A stretch of 33,611 nt of DNA. Source: a bacterium. Its GTDB lineage: Bacteria > Patescibacteriota > Microgenomatia > Daviesbacterales > UBA10151. The stretch is from contig DAHXOS010000014.1 of NCBI GenBank assembly GCA_027364775.1, positions 1 through 33,611 on the forward strand, given 5' to 3'. A program made the translations under genes and the position numbers. Shown one piece after another: positions 25,480 to 33,611 of this stretch. The notes beneath the pieces are model-generated. The model was not told the origin of the DNA and searched no databases. It worked only from the letters and a program-made list of their open reading frames with translations. The first letter of the stretch is position 1. Every line of letters begins with the position of its first letter.

Positions 25480-26565
25480 ATGCATTGGTTTTTAAAGTTA
25501 CTGTTGGGTTTAGTAGTTATAATTTTTCTCTATCTTTTTATCTTTTACAGTATCCCCCGGTTATTACCAACAGAATATATAAAAAACAGTTCTATTTCCG
25601 GAATAATCTTTCAAAATCAAATATGGGAAGGAACAATACGGATAAAGGGAGATCTGTGGTATTTAAAAGGCGCTTCCGTTACCGTCAGACCTGGAACACA
25701 AATAATTGTCAGTAAAAGCGGAGATAATTTTAATTTAGATATTTTACCGTGGCATAATAAAAATGGAATTAATATCGGGCCAGAATATAACGGAGTTCAT
25801 ACCGGTGAGCCCTTTTGGGATGAAAGCCAAAAAATTCAAATCCACTTTGCTTCTTTAAATATATTAGGGATAAAAGAACAACCTGTTGTTTTAAAATCTG
25901 ACTCGGATTTGGGAAGCCCTTACGATTTTAATTCTATTACAGCCGATTCTGGAGTAATCTCTTATCTTAAAGCTTCAAATTATCGCCGTTTTGAATTGGG
26001 AGACGATTTTATAGTTCGCGATAGTTATTTTACAAATGTTGGCGAGTGTGCAATTTGTTTAAATCAAGGCAGACAAACAATTATTAATAATACTTTTAGC
26101 CAATCTTTAAGAGAATATATTTGGATTAATGGGGCAAGTCCCAGAATTACTGATAATTTCTTTATGAAATCAACAGGAGCAGGAATCAGAATAAACCCAA
26201 ATAGAATAGGTACAGCAATTGTTTCTTATAATAATTTTGAAATGCCACAATCAAAAGCGGTTGATATTTTGTCTGGTGAAGAACTAGAAGGGGGAGTAAT
26301 TTCGTACAACGTTTTTGCAGGAGGTAGCAAAATTAAATTAACTTGTGATACAAAGATTAAATTTATTCAAAACAGTATATTGGGTAATATCCAATTTACT
26401 GAGCCTGGGTGTGCTAAAATTTATACTTTTGGGCCTAATTATTGGGGAACTGACAAAAAAGATACTGTATTAGCAGAGAAATTTATTGGTCAAAATAAAA
26501 TTTTTACTATTGATATTCCAATGATTTTAAAATCACCTCCTATTCAAGTAGGTAGAAGGATTTGA
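25480..26565 (+). CDS. Membrane-anchored right-handed beta-helix repeat protein
   Basis: N-terminal TM segment and repeated short beta-helix-like segments (NosD/PbH1 style). AAGGGA SD upstream. Confidence 0.6.
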   Translation: MHWFLKLLLGLVVIIFLYLFIFYSIPRLLPTEYIKNSSISGIIFQNQIWEGTIRIKGDLWYLKGASVTVRPGTQIIVSKSGDNFNLDILPWHNKNGINIGPEYNGVHTGEPFWDESQKIQIHFASLNILGIKEQPVVLKSDSDLGSPYDFNSITADSGVISYLKASNYRRFELGDDFIVRDSYFTNVGECAICLNQGRQTIINNTFSQSLREYIWINGASPRITDNFFMKSTGAGIRINPNRIGTAIVSYNNFEMPQSKAVDILSGEELEGGVISYNVFAGGSKIKLTCDTKIKFIQNSILGNIQFTEPGCAKIYTFGPNYWGTDKKDTVLAEKFIGQNKIFTIDIPMILKSPPIQVGRRI

Positions 26566-27503
26566 TGTCTCGTTTTTCGCTAACTTATTTATTGTTGTTA
26601 TTATTATCTTTGTGTTTTTTGATTATTTTAGCAACTTATTATTTTTACAATTCTAAATCCAGTAAGTTAGTATCACCAATAGATAAATTAAATCAGATAA
26701 ATTTTTCCAATAATCAGTGGTTTCCAAAGACATTTGCCAATACAAATAATGATAAAGATCTAAGCCAGCTTACGGCTAAATCAGCTTTTTTTGTAGAGAC
26801 CCAAAGTGGCAAAATTCTTTATCAAAAAAATCAAAACGAAAAGCTTCCTATTGCTTCTTTAACTAAAATAATGACTGTCATAATAGCTATGGAAAACTCT
26901 AAAATGAATAGTACTTTTGTTGTTTCCAAAAGGGCTGCACAAATGGAGCCTGACAAGATGTTGCTTATTCCGGGTGAAAAATTAACTACCGAAGAGTTAC
27001 TTGATGGAATATTCTTAATTTCTGCCAATGATGCAGCAGAAGTTTTTGCTGAGAATATTGGCAAAAATAGGGATGAATTTATAAACTCAATGAATGCAAA
27101 AACTAAGCTACTAGGGATGAAAGACACACTTTTTATAAACCCAACAGGGTTAGAAGAAGATAACAAGCAGCAATATTCTACGGCTTATGATGTTGCGTTG
27201 ATGGCAAGGTTTGCTATAAATCAATGGCCTGAGTTGTTAAAAATTTCATCACAACCTCGTATTTTTCTACCTCAAGATGAGAACCATCAAGATTATGATA
27301 TGAATTCAGGTATTAATTTACTAACTACCTATCCAGGTGTTGTTGGTTTTAAAACCGGTTTTACTCCACAAGCCGGATTAACTTTAGTTACAGTAGCTAG
27401 AAAAGGTAATAAGCAGGTCTTAGGTGTTATATTAGGATCTACCAACAGAAGAGATGACGCCAAAACATTATTAGATTACTCATTTAAACAATTAGGTCTT
27501 TAA
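26565..27503 (+). CDS. Serine-type D-Ala-D-Ala carboxypeptidase (PBP5/DacA-like)
   Basis: SxxK (ASLTK), SxN (SAND) and KTG (KTGFT) motifs. N-terminal TM segment. ATG overlaps the upstream TGA. Confidence 0.9.
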   Translation: MSRFSLTYLLLLLLSLCFLIILATYYFYNSKSSKLVSPIDKLNQINFSNNQWFPKTFANTNNDKDLSQLTAKSAFFVETQSGKILYQKNQNEKLPIASLTKIMTVIIAMENSKMNSTFVVSKRAAQMEPDKMLLIPGEKLTTEELLDGIFLISANDAAEVFAENIGKNRDEFINSMNAKTKLLGMKDTLFINPTGLEEDNKQQYSTAYDVALMARFAINQWPELLKISSQPRIFLPQDENHQDYDMNSGINLLTTYPGVVGFKTGFTPQAGLTLVTVARKGNKQVLGVILGSTNRRDDAKTLLDYSFKQLGL

Positions 27504-27504
27504 T

Positions 27505-28050
27505 ATGTTATTTATTTTCTATTTAATCATAGTAATTGTAGGATTTTTAGTACCGGTGTTGTTAGGAATATACACTGTTTATCAATTCTTGGCAGAATAT
27601 AAAGGTGCACCCTATGTTCCTACTTCAGCTAAGATAGTTAATGAAATCTTAAAAGAGGCAAATCTTAAAAAAGGTCAAATTTTTTTAGAGCTTGGATCTG
27701 GGGATGGAAGGATAGTTCGATCCGCTGTTAAAAATTATCAGGTTAAAGGATCTGCTGTAGAAATTAATCTGATTTTACTAATTTATTCAAAAATAATCTC
27801 TAAATTTCAAAAACTAAATATCAATTTTAAAAATGCTGATTTTTTTAAAATTAGCTTTAAAAGAACAGACGTTTTATTTATCTTTTTGCTTCCTAAAACA
27901 TTAAAAAAACTATCTCCAAAAATATTAAAAGAATGCAAAAAAGGATGTTTAATTATCTCTCATGGATTTAAAATAGAGGGGTTAAGTAAATATCAAATTA
28001 AAGTGATAGAGAGAAAATATTTCCCCACTTATTATTATAAAATTAGGTAA
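27505..28050 (+). CDS. Membrane-anchored class I SAM-dependent methyltransferase
   Basis: N-terminal TM segment and motif I FLELGSGDGRIV. Confidence 0.7.
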   Translation: MLFIFYLIIVIVGFLVPVLLGIYTVYQFLAEYKGAPYVPTSAKIVNEILKEANLKKGQIFLELGSGDGRIVRSAVKNYQVKGSAVEINLILLIYSKIISKFQKLNINFKNADFFKISFKRTDVLFIFLLPKTLKKLSPKILKECKKGCLIISHGFKIEGLSKYQIKVIERKYFPTYYYKIR

Positions 28051-28085
28051 TATTAACATCCTAAAATAGGTGTTATACTGAAAAT

Positions 28086-28358
28086 ATGAAATTTATATCC
28101 GGAAAAAGGTTCATAATAACGATAATTTTAAGTATAGTGATTTGGCTATCTACGGGCTTCTTGCAATTTATCTTCAACTCGGGAAATAGCGGTGCATTTC
28201 TATTCGGTTCAGCATGTGAAATAACAGGATATCCCTTGGCTCAGTGTATTAATAGAGCAAATACAGTTGAAATTCTAATTTATTATTTTTTAAATATTTT
28301 AATTTGGTTTATAGTTATTAATTTACTTATCGGGTGGTTTAAGAAGACTAAAAATTAA
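28086..28358 (+). CDS. Small membrane protein (90 aa)
   Basis: ORF track; three hydrophobic segments. Its 3' end overlaps the convergent 940-aa gene by 36 nt. Confidence 0.4.
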   Translation: MKFISGKRFIITIILSIVIWLSTGFLQFIFNSGNSGAFLFGSACEITGYPLAQCINRANTVEILIYYFLNILIWFIVINLLIGWFKKTKN

Positions 28359-31145
28359 TCCCGCAATAAAGATTGCACTTAATAAGATTGGTAAAACTAA
28401 GTAATTCCATAAATTAATTTTTTGTGGTTCTTTTTTAATTGGATTTATAGATTTGGTTGCAACTCCTAATACTTTCTGGTCAGAGTCATTTATTGCTAAT
28501 CTTTCCAATAAACTATTATTAATACTTAAAGAGTTTTTTGATGTATTAATAATAGCCTGAGTAGCACTTGCTGTGGATGCAGCAATTGGAGAGTCGACTC
28601 CACTTATAATACTTCCTAAAATTTTAAATTTGATAACTTGCACACTTTCTTCATTGCCTAGTTTATCGATTGATTTAACTTGAAGAGTGAAATCACCTGG
28701 ACCGGTAATGATGAATGGTTGGTTGTAGGTATTAACTGATACGCCGTTATCAGTACTATACTCAGTTTTTAAAATACCTGAGCCAATGTCGCTACCTGTT
28801 AATGTTATAGTTACAGGACCTGTATAGTTTCCTAAGCCATCTTTATTGCCGGTAAAAGCTATGGTTGTAGTTGGTGGTAGAAAATCTAAAACATTAGAAC
28901 CTGTGATAGTTGTAGTGGGTTGGATTATTTGCCCATCAACAGGTAGGGTAGGAGGAGTACTAGAATTAGGATTGTAATCAAATTCAATTGTAGTTTTGTC
29001 GGTAACTGGAATATTTCGGTAGTAAGCTGTTTGAGTTATAAAATCATTTGAGTATTTAGCAATCTTGATATCAACCGACTGTTTTTTACTAGATGTTAAT
29101 TTAACTTTAACTGTACCTGTGTTATTTTTTAAAAAAACGTTTTTGGTATTATTTATCGAGTCGTAATAAGTATTTGAAACATTATTTTCTACTTCCCCAT
29201 TTGAGTTTAAACCTGTATGGTTATTGTTGTTATCGTAAATATCAATGTCCAAACTTGTGGAAATTTGTTGACCCTCTAAAGAGATTTTTTGTCCTTGGAC
29301 TTCTGCAGGTAATGTATCATTTTGTAAAATTGCTTTAACCGTTTGCATGCCAATTCCAGAACCTTTAACTAGATCATTATGCTTTTGTCCAACATAATAA
29401 GTAGTTGCACCTGCTGATAAATCCAAGCTGCCATTTGTTAAAGAGGCGCTGTAGAGAGGAACTGTATCGTCGCCGTTAATAAAGATCTCTTCTGTTTTGG
29501 ATAAAATGCTTAGAGGCCAGATACTATATGTTGTTTCTATAATTTGCCCAAGAGTTGGTTGGCTTGTCCCAACAATATTATAAAGTTGAACTCCATTTGC
29601 TTGGTTTAACTGAGAATCATATGTATTATGGTAGTTTTCGCCTAAATTAAAAGCTGTCATGTTTAGTTGTAAATTAGAATAAAGAGTTTTTAGCTCGTTA
29701 TAGTTTAAAGGACCAATTATGCCGTTTTTATCAATATCTCTTAGATCATTAAATACAAAGGGTTTAGATAAATTTGAGTTATCATAAAAGCTATAGTAGG
29801 TAGAAGATGGTCCAAGTGCAAATATTGAAGCTAAATTGCTAGCTATATCTTTTACTTCTTGTGGATTTAGACTAATTAGACCGAGTAAATAAGATGAGCC
29901 AATCTGATCACCATATAATAAAGTTTTAATCATTTTTGCACTTCCTAAACTGGGAACACCTAATTTGATAAGCTTATTAACTTTAGTAGCTTTTGAGGAA
30001 TCTGAGATATAGCTTTGTGCAATTAGCCCACCCATTGAATGTGCAACAATATTTACTTTAGATTTACCAGATTTGGTTTTTGCATAATCAACCAAGGTAT
30101 CCAAAGCTGATTTATTTGTCACGATATCTTTGCGCCAATCATAAGTAAATACAAAATAATTGGTCCCTTTTATATAACCCATTCCTGTAAAGAATGGGTC
30201 TATATCTCCATATCCTTGAGAAACTAAATTTCCTGTTGGAGTAATATCAGCAATAGAAGTAACCGCATCGTTTTGTAATTTTAGAACATCAAAATAATCA
30301 TCATTTCCTAATGCTATTGCCTCCCTGGTATTAACCCAGACATTTTCATTTTGGTTATAACTACGGCTATATGTTTCACCATGACCATTATCATAATTCC
30401 AGTTAGTATTGCTATTTACTTTTAGTTCTGATCCTCCTATACCTGGAATAAAGATAACAGGAAGAATAGGATTAATAACACTTAAAGAAGTAACTTTAAC
30501 ATTATCAAACCTGACATTAACGGATCCGTAATCACCAGTCCAATAACTTAAAGCGATTGGACCTGTTGTTAGGGTAGTGGTAGGATCGTCAATAGTAAAA
30601 ATCAAAGTGGAGTCTATCCACAGCTGAATATGTGTTTGAACAACCTCAATTTTTATACGGTAATTTGTAAATCTATTTAGCTGAAATGAACGGGTGGAAA
30701 ATAAAGTTGTACTATTTCCTGCCTGAATCTTAGTTAGTTTAACTTCTGGTGTATTATAAGAACGAGCACCGTCATCAAACCTTAAATCTACCTCGTAATA
30801 GTTATTGCTGTCTGCCTTACGGAACATAATTCCCTGATCAAATCCGCCATTATTTTGGGTATCTACCTCTATCCTGTAATTGTCCCAGGTATTGCCGACA
30901 CTTAATCTACCTGTCTTTAATGTTCCAAATTGATTCCCATAAAGACGATTAAGGCTATCAATGCCCCAACTACCTGATTCAACTATCCATCCGTTGTAAT
31001 TACCATCATTAAAATCATCCTGGAAAATAATAGTCCCTTCCTGATAAGTTTCTTGAGCTAAGGTTTTTTGAGGAATAAAGAAAATAAATCCTAAAATTAA
31101 AGGATATATTAAATAATTTAATATAAATTTAGTAAATAATTTCAA
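28323..31145 (-). CDS. 940-aa surface protein: LamG/DUF1080-like N-domain, alpha/beta-hydrolase lipase/LCAT-like domain, Ig-like repeats, C-terminal TM anchor
   Basis: N-terminal signal/TM segment. VRFDNVKV-type jelly-roll end. GxSxG elbow in VNIVAHSMGGLIAQ. C-terminal LVLPILLSAIFIAGLIFSLL. Confidence 0.7.
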   Translation of the reverse strand: MKLFTKFILNYLIYPLILGFIFFIPQKTLAQETYQEGTIIFQDDFNDGNYNGWIVESGSWGIDSLNRLYGNQFGTLKTGRLSVGNTWDNYRIEVDTQNNGGFDQGIMFRKADSNNYYEVDLRFDDGARSYNTPEVKLTKIQAGNSTTLFSTRSFQLNRFTNYRIKIEVVQTHIQLWIDSTLIFTIDDPTTTLTTGPIALSYWTGDYGSVNVRFDNVKVTSLSVINPILPVIFIPGIGGSELKVNSNTNWNYDNGHGETYSRSYNQNENVWVNTREAIALGNDDYFDVLKLQNDAVTSIADITPTGNLVSQGYGDIDPFFTGMGYIKGTNYFVFTYDWRKDIVTNKSALDTLVDYAKTKSGKSKVNIVAHSMGGLIAQSYISDSSKATKVNKLIKLGVPSLGSAKMIKTLLYGDQIGSSYLLGLISLNPQEVKDIASNLASIFALGPSSTYYSFYDNSNLSKPFVFNDLRDIDKNGIIGPLNYNELKTLYSNLQLNMTAFNLGENYHNTYDSQLNQANGVQLYNIVGTSQPTLGQIIETTYSIWPLSILSKTEEIFINGDDTVPLYSASLTNGSLDLSAGATTYYVGQKHNDLVKGSGIGMQTVKAILQNDTLPAEVQGQKISLEGQQISTSLDIDIYDNNNNHTGLNSNGEVENNVSNTYYDSINNTKNVFLKNNTGTVKVKLTSSKKQSVDIKIAKYSNDFITQTAYYRNIPVTDKTTIEFDYNPNSSTPPTLPVDGQIIQPTTTITGSNVLDFLPPTTTIAFTGNKDGLGNYTGPVTITLTGSDIGSGILKTEYSTDNGVSVNTYNQPFIITGPGDFTLQVKSIDKLGNEESVQVIKFKILGSIISGVDSPIAASTASATQAIINTSKNSLSINNSLLERLAINDSDQKVLGVATKSINPIKKEPQKINLWNYLVLPILLSAIFIAGLIFSLLKPPDK

Positions 31146-31222
31146 TAGTATTTAAAGTATTTGCTTAAAAATTGTGGAATACAAGCCACAAGATGTAGTG
31201 CAAAATACTAAATATTTGGTAT

Positions 31223-31231
31223 TGCTATATT
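31223..31231 (+). promoter_or_regulatory. Extended -10 element TGCTATATT, 6 nt upstream of TTG 31238
   Basis: Reads TGCTATATT-GTTTTA-TTG. The first ATG of the cyclophilin ORF is at 31262. Confidence 0.35.
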
Positions 31232-31237
31232 GTTTTA

Positions 31238-31924
31238 TTGGTGTTATATATTCCAAAGAAAATGAATGAAAGAAATTTTGCTATTGGATTTATTGCAATA
31301 ACTTTAATGGTAGTTGCAGTTTTAGGTTTTTCCCGGCTTAATTTTGGTAATGAATCAGCAAATTTAGCTAATTTAAATTCTCCTAACAACTCAATCCTAC
31401 CTGAATCATCCTCATCAGCTACTCAATCTGCTGTTCAACAACAAAAATCTAGTAAAAAAATTTATTCTCAGTACCCAGGAGATTTACCTCAAAGTCAATT
31501 GGAAAATAAAAAAGCAGTGATTGAGACTACTAAGGGAAATATTGAATTTGAAATTTATCCTGAGGCGACTAAGGCTGCTTCAAATTTTATATTCTTAGCT
31601 AATGATAAATTTTATGACGGCTTAACCTTTCATCGGGCTGAGGATTGGGTAATTCAAGGTGGTGACCCTAATGGAAATGGTACCGGTGGCCCAGGTTATA
31701 AGTTTCCCGATGAACCAGTTACAAAAGCATACAAAAGAGGTATTGTTGCAATGGCCAATGCAGGGCCAAATACTAATGGCAGCCAGTTTTTTATACTTGT
31801 AAAAGATACCCCTTTACCCCCTAATTACACTATTTTTGGGAATGTTTTTTCTGGATTAGAAGTTGTTGATAAAATTAGAGTTGGCGATGTAATGAAGAGG
31901 GTTTTAATTCAAGATTTAAAATAA
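31238..31924 (+). CDS. Cyclophilin-type peptidyl-prolyl cis-trans isomerase with N-terminal membrane anchor (alternative start ATG 31262)
   Basis: FHRAEDWVIQGGDP, GTGGPGY and MANAGPNTNGSQFFI motifs. Confidence 0.9.
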   Translation: MVLYIPKKMNERNFAIGFIAITLMVVAVLGFSRLNFGNESANLANLNSPNNSILPESSSSATQSAVQQQKSSKKIYSQYPGDLPQSQLENKKAVIETTKGNIEFEIYPEATKAASNFIFLANDKFYDGLTFHRAEDWVIQGGDPNGNGTGGPGYKFPDEPVTKAYKRGIVAMANAGPNTNGSQFFILVKDTPLPPNYTIFGNVFSGLEVVDKIRVGDVMKRVLIQDLK

Positions 31925-31947
31925 TTTAAAGCTAAATTTTATCTATA

Positions 31948-31963
31948 CCGCAATATATTGTAT
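31948..31963. promoter_or_regulatory. NrdR-box-like palindrome CCGCAATATATTGTAT
   Basis: 13 of 16 matches to the acaCwAtATaTwGtgt consensus by hand alignment. Confidence 0.45.
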
Positions 31964-32066
31964 ATCCTGATTTAACATACTTTAATCCTACTTTTTCTTT
32001 ACGTTTTTGTTAAATGGAAATTCTATTGTTGATATATTGAATATTTCAGCTCCTTTTAACTTAAAA

Positions 32067-32082
32067 ATACAATATGTTGTGG
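32067..32082. promoter_or_regulatory. NrdR-box-like palindrome ATACAATATGTTGTGG
   Basis: 13 of 16 matches to the consensus. Its 12-mer core ACAATATGTTGT is the exact reverse complement of the core at 32158-32169. Confidence 0.5.
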
Positions 32083-32094
32083 GTCTTTAATATA

Positions 32095-32123
32095 TTGACA
32101 GTAATAGGTAGAAATATGATAAG
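32095..32123 (+). promoter_or_regulatory. Candidate promoter TTGACA-17 nt-GATAAG for nrdR-nrdJ
   Basis: Perfect -35 at 32095-32100 with a 4/6 -10 at 32118-32123. The -35 overlaps a weak half NrdR box (32085-32100). Confidence 0.3.
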
Positions 32124-32155
32124 TTAATTATGTGGGTGAGAAATAAAAGGTAAGG

Positions 32156-32171
32156 GTACAACATATTGTAT
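32156..32171. promoter_or_regulatory. NrdR-box-like palindrome GTACAACATATTGTAT, abutting the nrdR ATG
   Basis: 12 of 16 matches to the consensus. The core ends 1 nt before ATG 32170. Confidence 0.5.
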
Positions 32172-32622
32172 GAGATGTTTTTTCTGTGCTAGTGATCAAA
32201 GCAGTGTAATTGATAAACGAGCTGTTAAAAGTTCGGGGGAAATTAGGCGCAGAAGAGAGTGTCTAAATTGTCAACAACGTTTTACAACCTATGAGAGGGT
32301 AGCAGCATTTGAATTATTTGTAATCAAAAGAGATGGCAATAAACAACTCTTTGACAGAAATAAATTAAAAAATGGGGTTGCCAGGGCTTTAGAGAAAAGT
32401 TATGCGGTAGATAAGGTTGATGAAATAGTTGATAAGATCGTTAATAAATTAAAACTTAAGGGCAAAAAAGAAATTGAAAGTAAACAAATTGGACAGGTAG
32501 TTTTATCAGAACTAAAAAAGATAGATAAAGTTGCTTATCTTAGATTTGCGTCGGTTTACCGGCAATTTAAGGATCCGTCTGAATTTACAAAGGAATTAAA
32601 AAACTTAAAGTTACAAATTTAA
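32170..32622 (+). CDS. nrdR: Transcriptional repressor NrdR (zinc ribbon + ATP-cone)
   Basis: MRCFFC...CLNCQQRFTTYE zinc ribbon followed by an ATP-cone; 150 aa. Confidence 0.95.
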   Translation: MRCFFCASDQSSVIDKRAVKSSGEIRRRRECLNCQQRFTTYERVAAFELFVIKRDGNKQLFDRNKLKNGVARALEKSYAVDKVDEIVDKIVNKLKLKGKKEIESKQIGQVVLSELKKIDKVAYLRFASVYRQFKDPSEFTKELKNLKLQI

Positions 32623-32627
32623 TTGAT

Positions 32628-33611
32628 ATGAAAAGAAGTGAAACAACATTACAAATTATTGCACCTATTGCAAAACCGAAAAAAAGTAACGGCTTAGGAA
32701 AAGCGGAGTTAACCCCCGAAGAAAAAACAGCTCAAGCCCGTGCTTTAGTCCCAAATATTGAATTAAAGACAACTTTAGACGGATCCCGTCAAAAAGTATT
32801 TTTAGATAGATATTCTTTAAAAGATATCGATGGAAATCCAACAGAAAATTATATGGAACAGATGTGGCAAAGAGTAGCTGGTGGAATTGCTTTAATGGAA
32901 AAGACTACTGCTTTGCAAAAGGAATGGGCTGAAAAGTTTTATGAGGCCATGTTGGATTTTAAATTTGTGCCGGCAGGCAGGATTTTATCAGGTGCAGGGA
33001 CAGGTTATGAGGTAACTTTCTTTAATTGTTACGTAATTCCCTCGCCAAAAGATTCTAGAGGTGGAATTATGGAAAATATTACCCATACTGTTGAGATCCA
33101 AGCTCGAGGTGGGGGAGTTGGGATTAATTTATCTTCTTTAAGGCCATCCGGTGCCAGAGTCAGAAAAGTTAACGGCACTTCTTCCGGTCCTATTTCATGG
33201 GCTAAATTATACTCGGCAGCTAATCATGATGTGATTCAGCAAGGTGGTTCAAGACGCGGTGCCTTAATGTTAATGCTTCATGATTGGCATCCTGATGTTT
33301 TAGAGTTTGTGCATGCTAAAGAAGATGGAGTTTCTATTCCCGGGGCAAACCTATCTGTTTGTGTTTCGGATAAATTTATGGAAGCTGTTAAAAATGATGA
33401 TGTGTGGACTACCAGATTTCCTGTTACTACAGATTCTGAGTATGATGCACTTTGGGATGGTGATATTGAAAAATGGGAAGCATTAGGTAAGCCGGTTAAG
33501 GTTTATGAAACTTTAAAGGCACGTGATATTTGGGATCAAATTTGTACTATGGCCTGGAAAGCTGCAGAACCTGGACTCCACTTTTTAGAAAGAAGTAATA
33601 AATGGAGCAAT
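32628..33611 (+). CDS. nrdJ: Class II (adenosylcobalamin-dependent) ribonucleotide reductase, 5' partial (runs off the window)
   Basis: My own translation from ATG 32628 is open for 328 codons to the window end. It contains FVPAGRIL, FNCYV, RGGGVGINLSSLRPSGA, GTSSGP and GGSRRGALM. Confidence 0.9.
   Translation, partial: MKRSETTLQIIAPIAKPKKSNGLGKAELTPEEKTAQARALVPNIELKTTLDGSRQKVFLDRYSLKDIDGNPTENYMEQMWQRVAGGIALMEKTTALQKEWAEKFYEAMLDFKFVPAGRILSGAGTGYEVTFFNCYVIPSPKDSRGGIMENITHTVEIQARGGGVGINLSSLRPSGARVRKVNGTSSGPISWAKLYSAANHDVIQQGGSRRGALMLMLHDWHPDVLEFVHAKEDGVSIPGANLSVCVSDKFMEAVKNDDVWTTRFPVTTDSEYDALWDGDIEKWEALGKPVKVYETLKARDIWDQICTMAWKAAEPGLHFLERSNKWSN

Noticed and set aside
1625-27166. Antisense or overlapping ORFs in the track. 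Minus strand: 1625-1837, 1978-2280, 3268-3606, 6875-7096, 7130-7594, 16441-16665, 17633-17818, 19600-19842, 20136-20351, 20953-21147, 26831-27166. Plus strand: 11433-11618, 11733-11936, 23622-23903, 24015-24221, 24675-24860, 25035-25391, 25437-25715.
   Set aside because: Each lies inside or opposite a longer ORF with clear family motifs. They have low-complexity S/L/F/I-rich translations typical of the antisense frame in AT-rich DNA and carry no recognisable motifs.
1-33611. Alternative genetic code (UGA recoded, as in some CPR lineages)
   Set aside because: TGA terminates well-conserved ORFs at the expected lengths, for example the transketolase N subunit at 20106-20108, the NTase at 8465-8467 and the beta-helix protein at 26563-26565. 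No conserved gene shows an in-frame TGA.

Overview
AT-rich (about one-third G+C by eye), gene-dense bacterial DNA that reads with the standard code, since TGA closes conserved ORFs at the expected length. The gene content fits a small-genome Patescibacteria/CPR-like organism, by inference only: split transketolase, archaeal-type AspRS, class II RNR behind NrdR, many tiny membrane proteins, a free-standing LAGLIDADG gene, and a tRNA without encoded CCA. The left ~10 kb is accessory and defence-like. (i) A 1,542-aa SF1 helicase-nuclease is linked through an A9G slippery run to a downstream zinc-finger ORF. (ii) A C5-cytosine methyltransferase plus putative endonuclease pair is followed by a decayed vsr relic. 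(iii) A convergent operon encodes Nudix, a nucleotidyltransferase and a small Rx4HxY protein. It may be a divergent MntA/HepT-like module and is my top candidate for an undescribed system; an AlkP/NPP-family phosphodiesterase sits next to it. At 12.3-13.1 kb a LAGLIDADG homing-endonuclease gene runs into the 5' end of tRNA-Gln(CUG), and the cassette is bracketed by a 23-nt duplication of that tRNA 5' end. The remaining ~20 kb is housekeeping: YbaK-AspRS, Mpg glycosylase, stress-type membrane proteins, and a non-oxidative pentose-phosphate/glycolysis cluster (rpiB, rpe, LOG, split tkt, PfkB kinase, class II FBA). It also holds an FAD oxidase, a beta-helix/DacA/methyltransferase operon, a 940-aa anchored lipase-like surface protein, a cyclophilin, and nrdR-nrdJ preceded by NrdR-box-like palindromes. 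A -10 element, often TGn-extended, recurs 6-7 nt upstream of operon-leading start codons and suggests frequent leaderless mRNAs. No CRISPR array, rRNA, integrase or transposase was seen.
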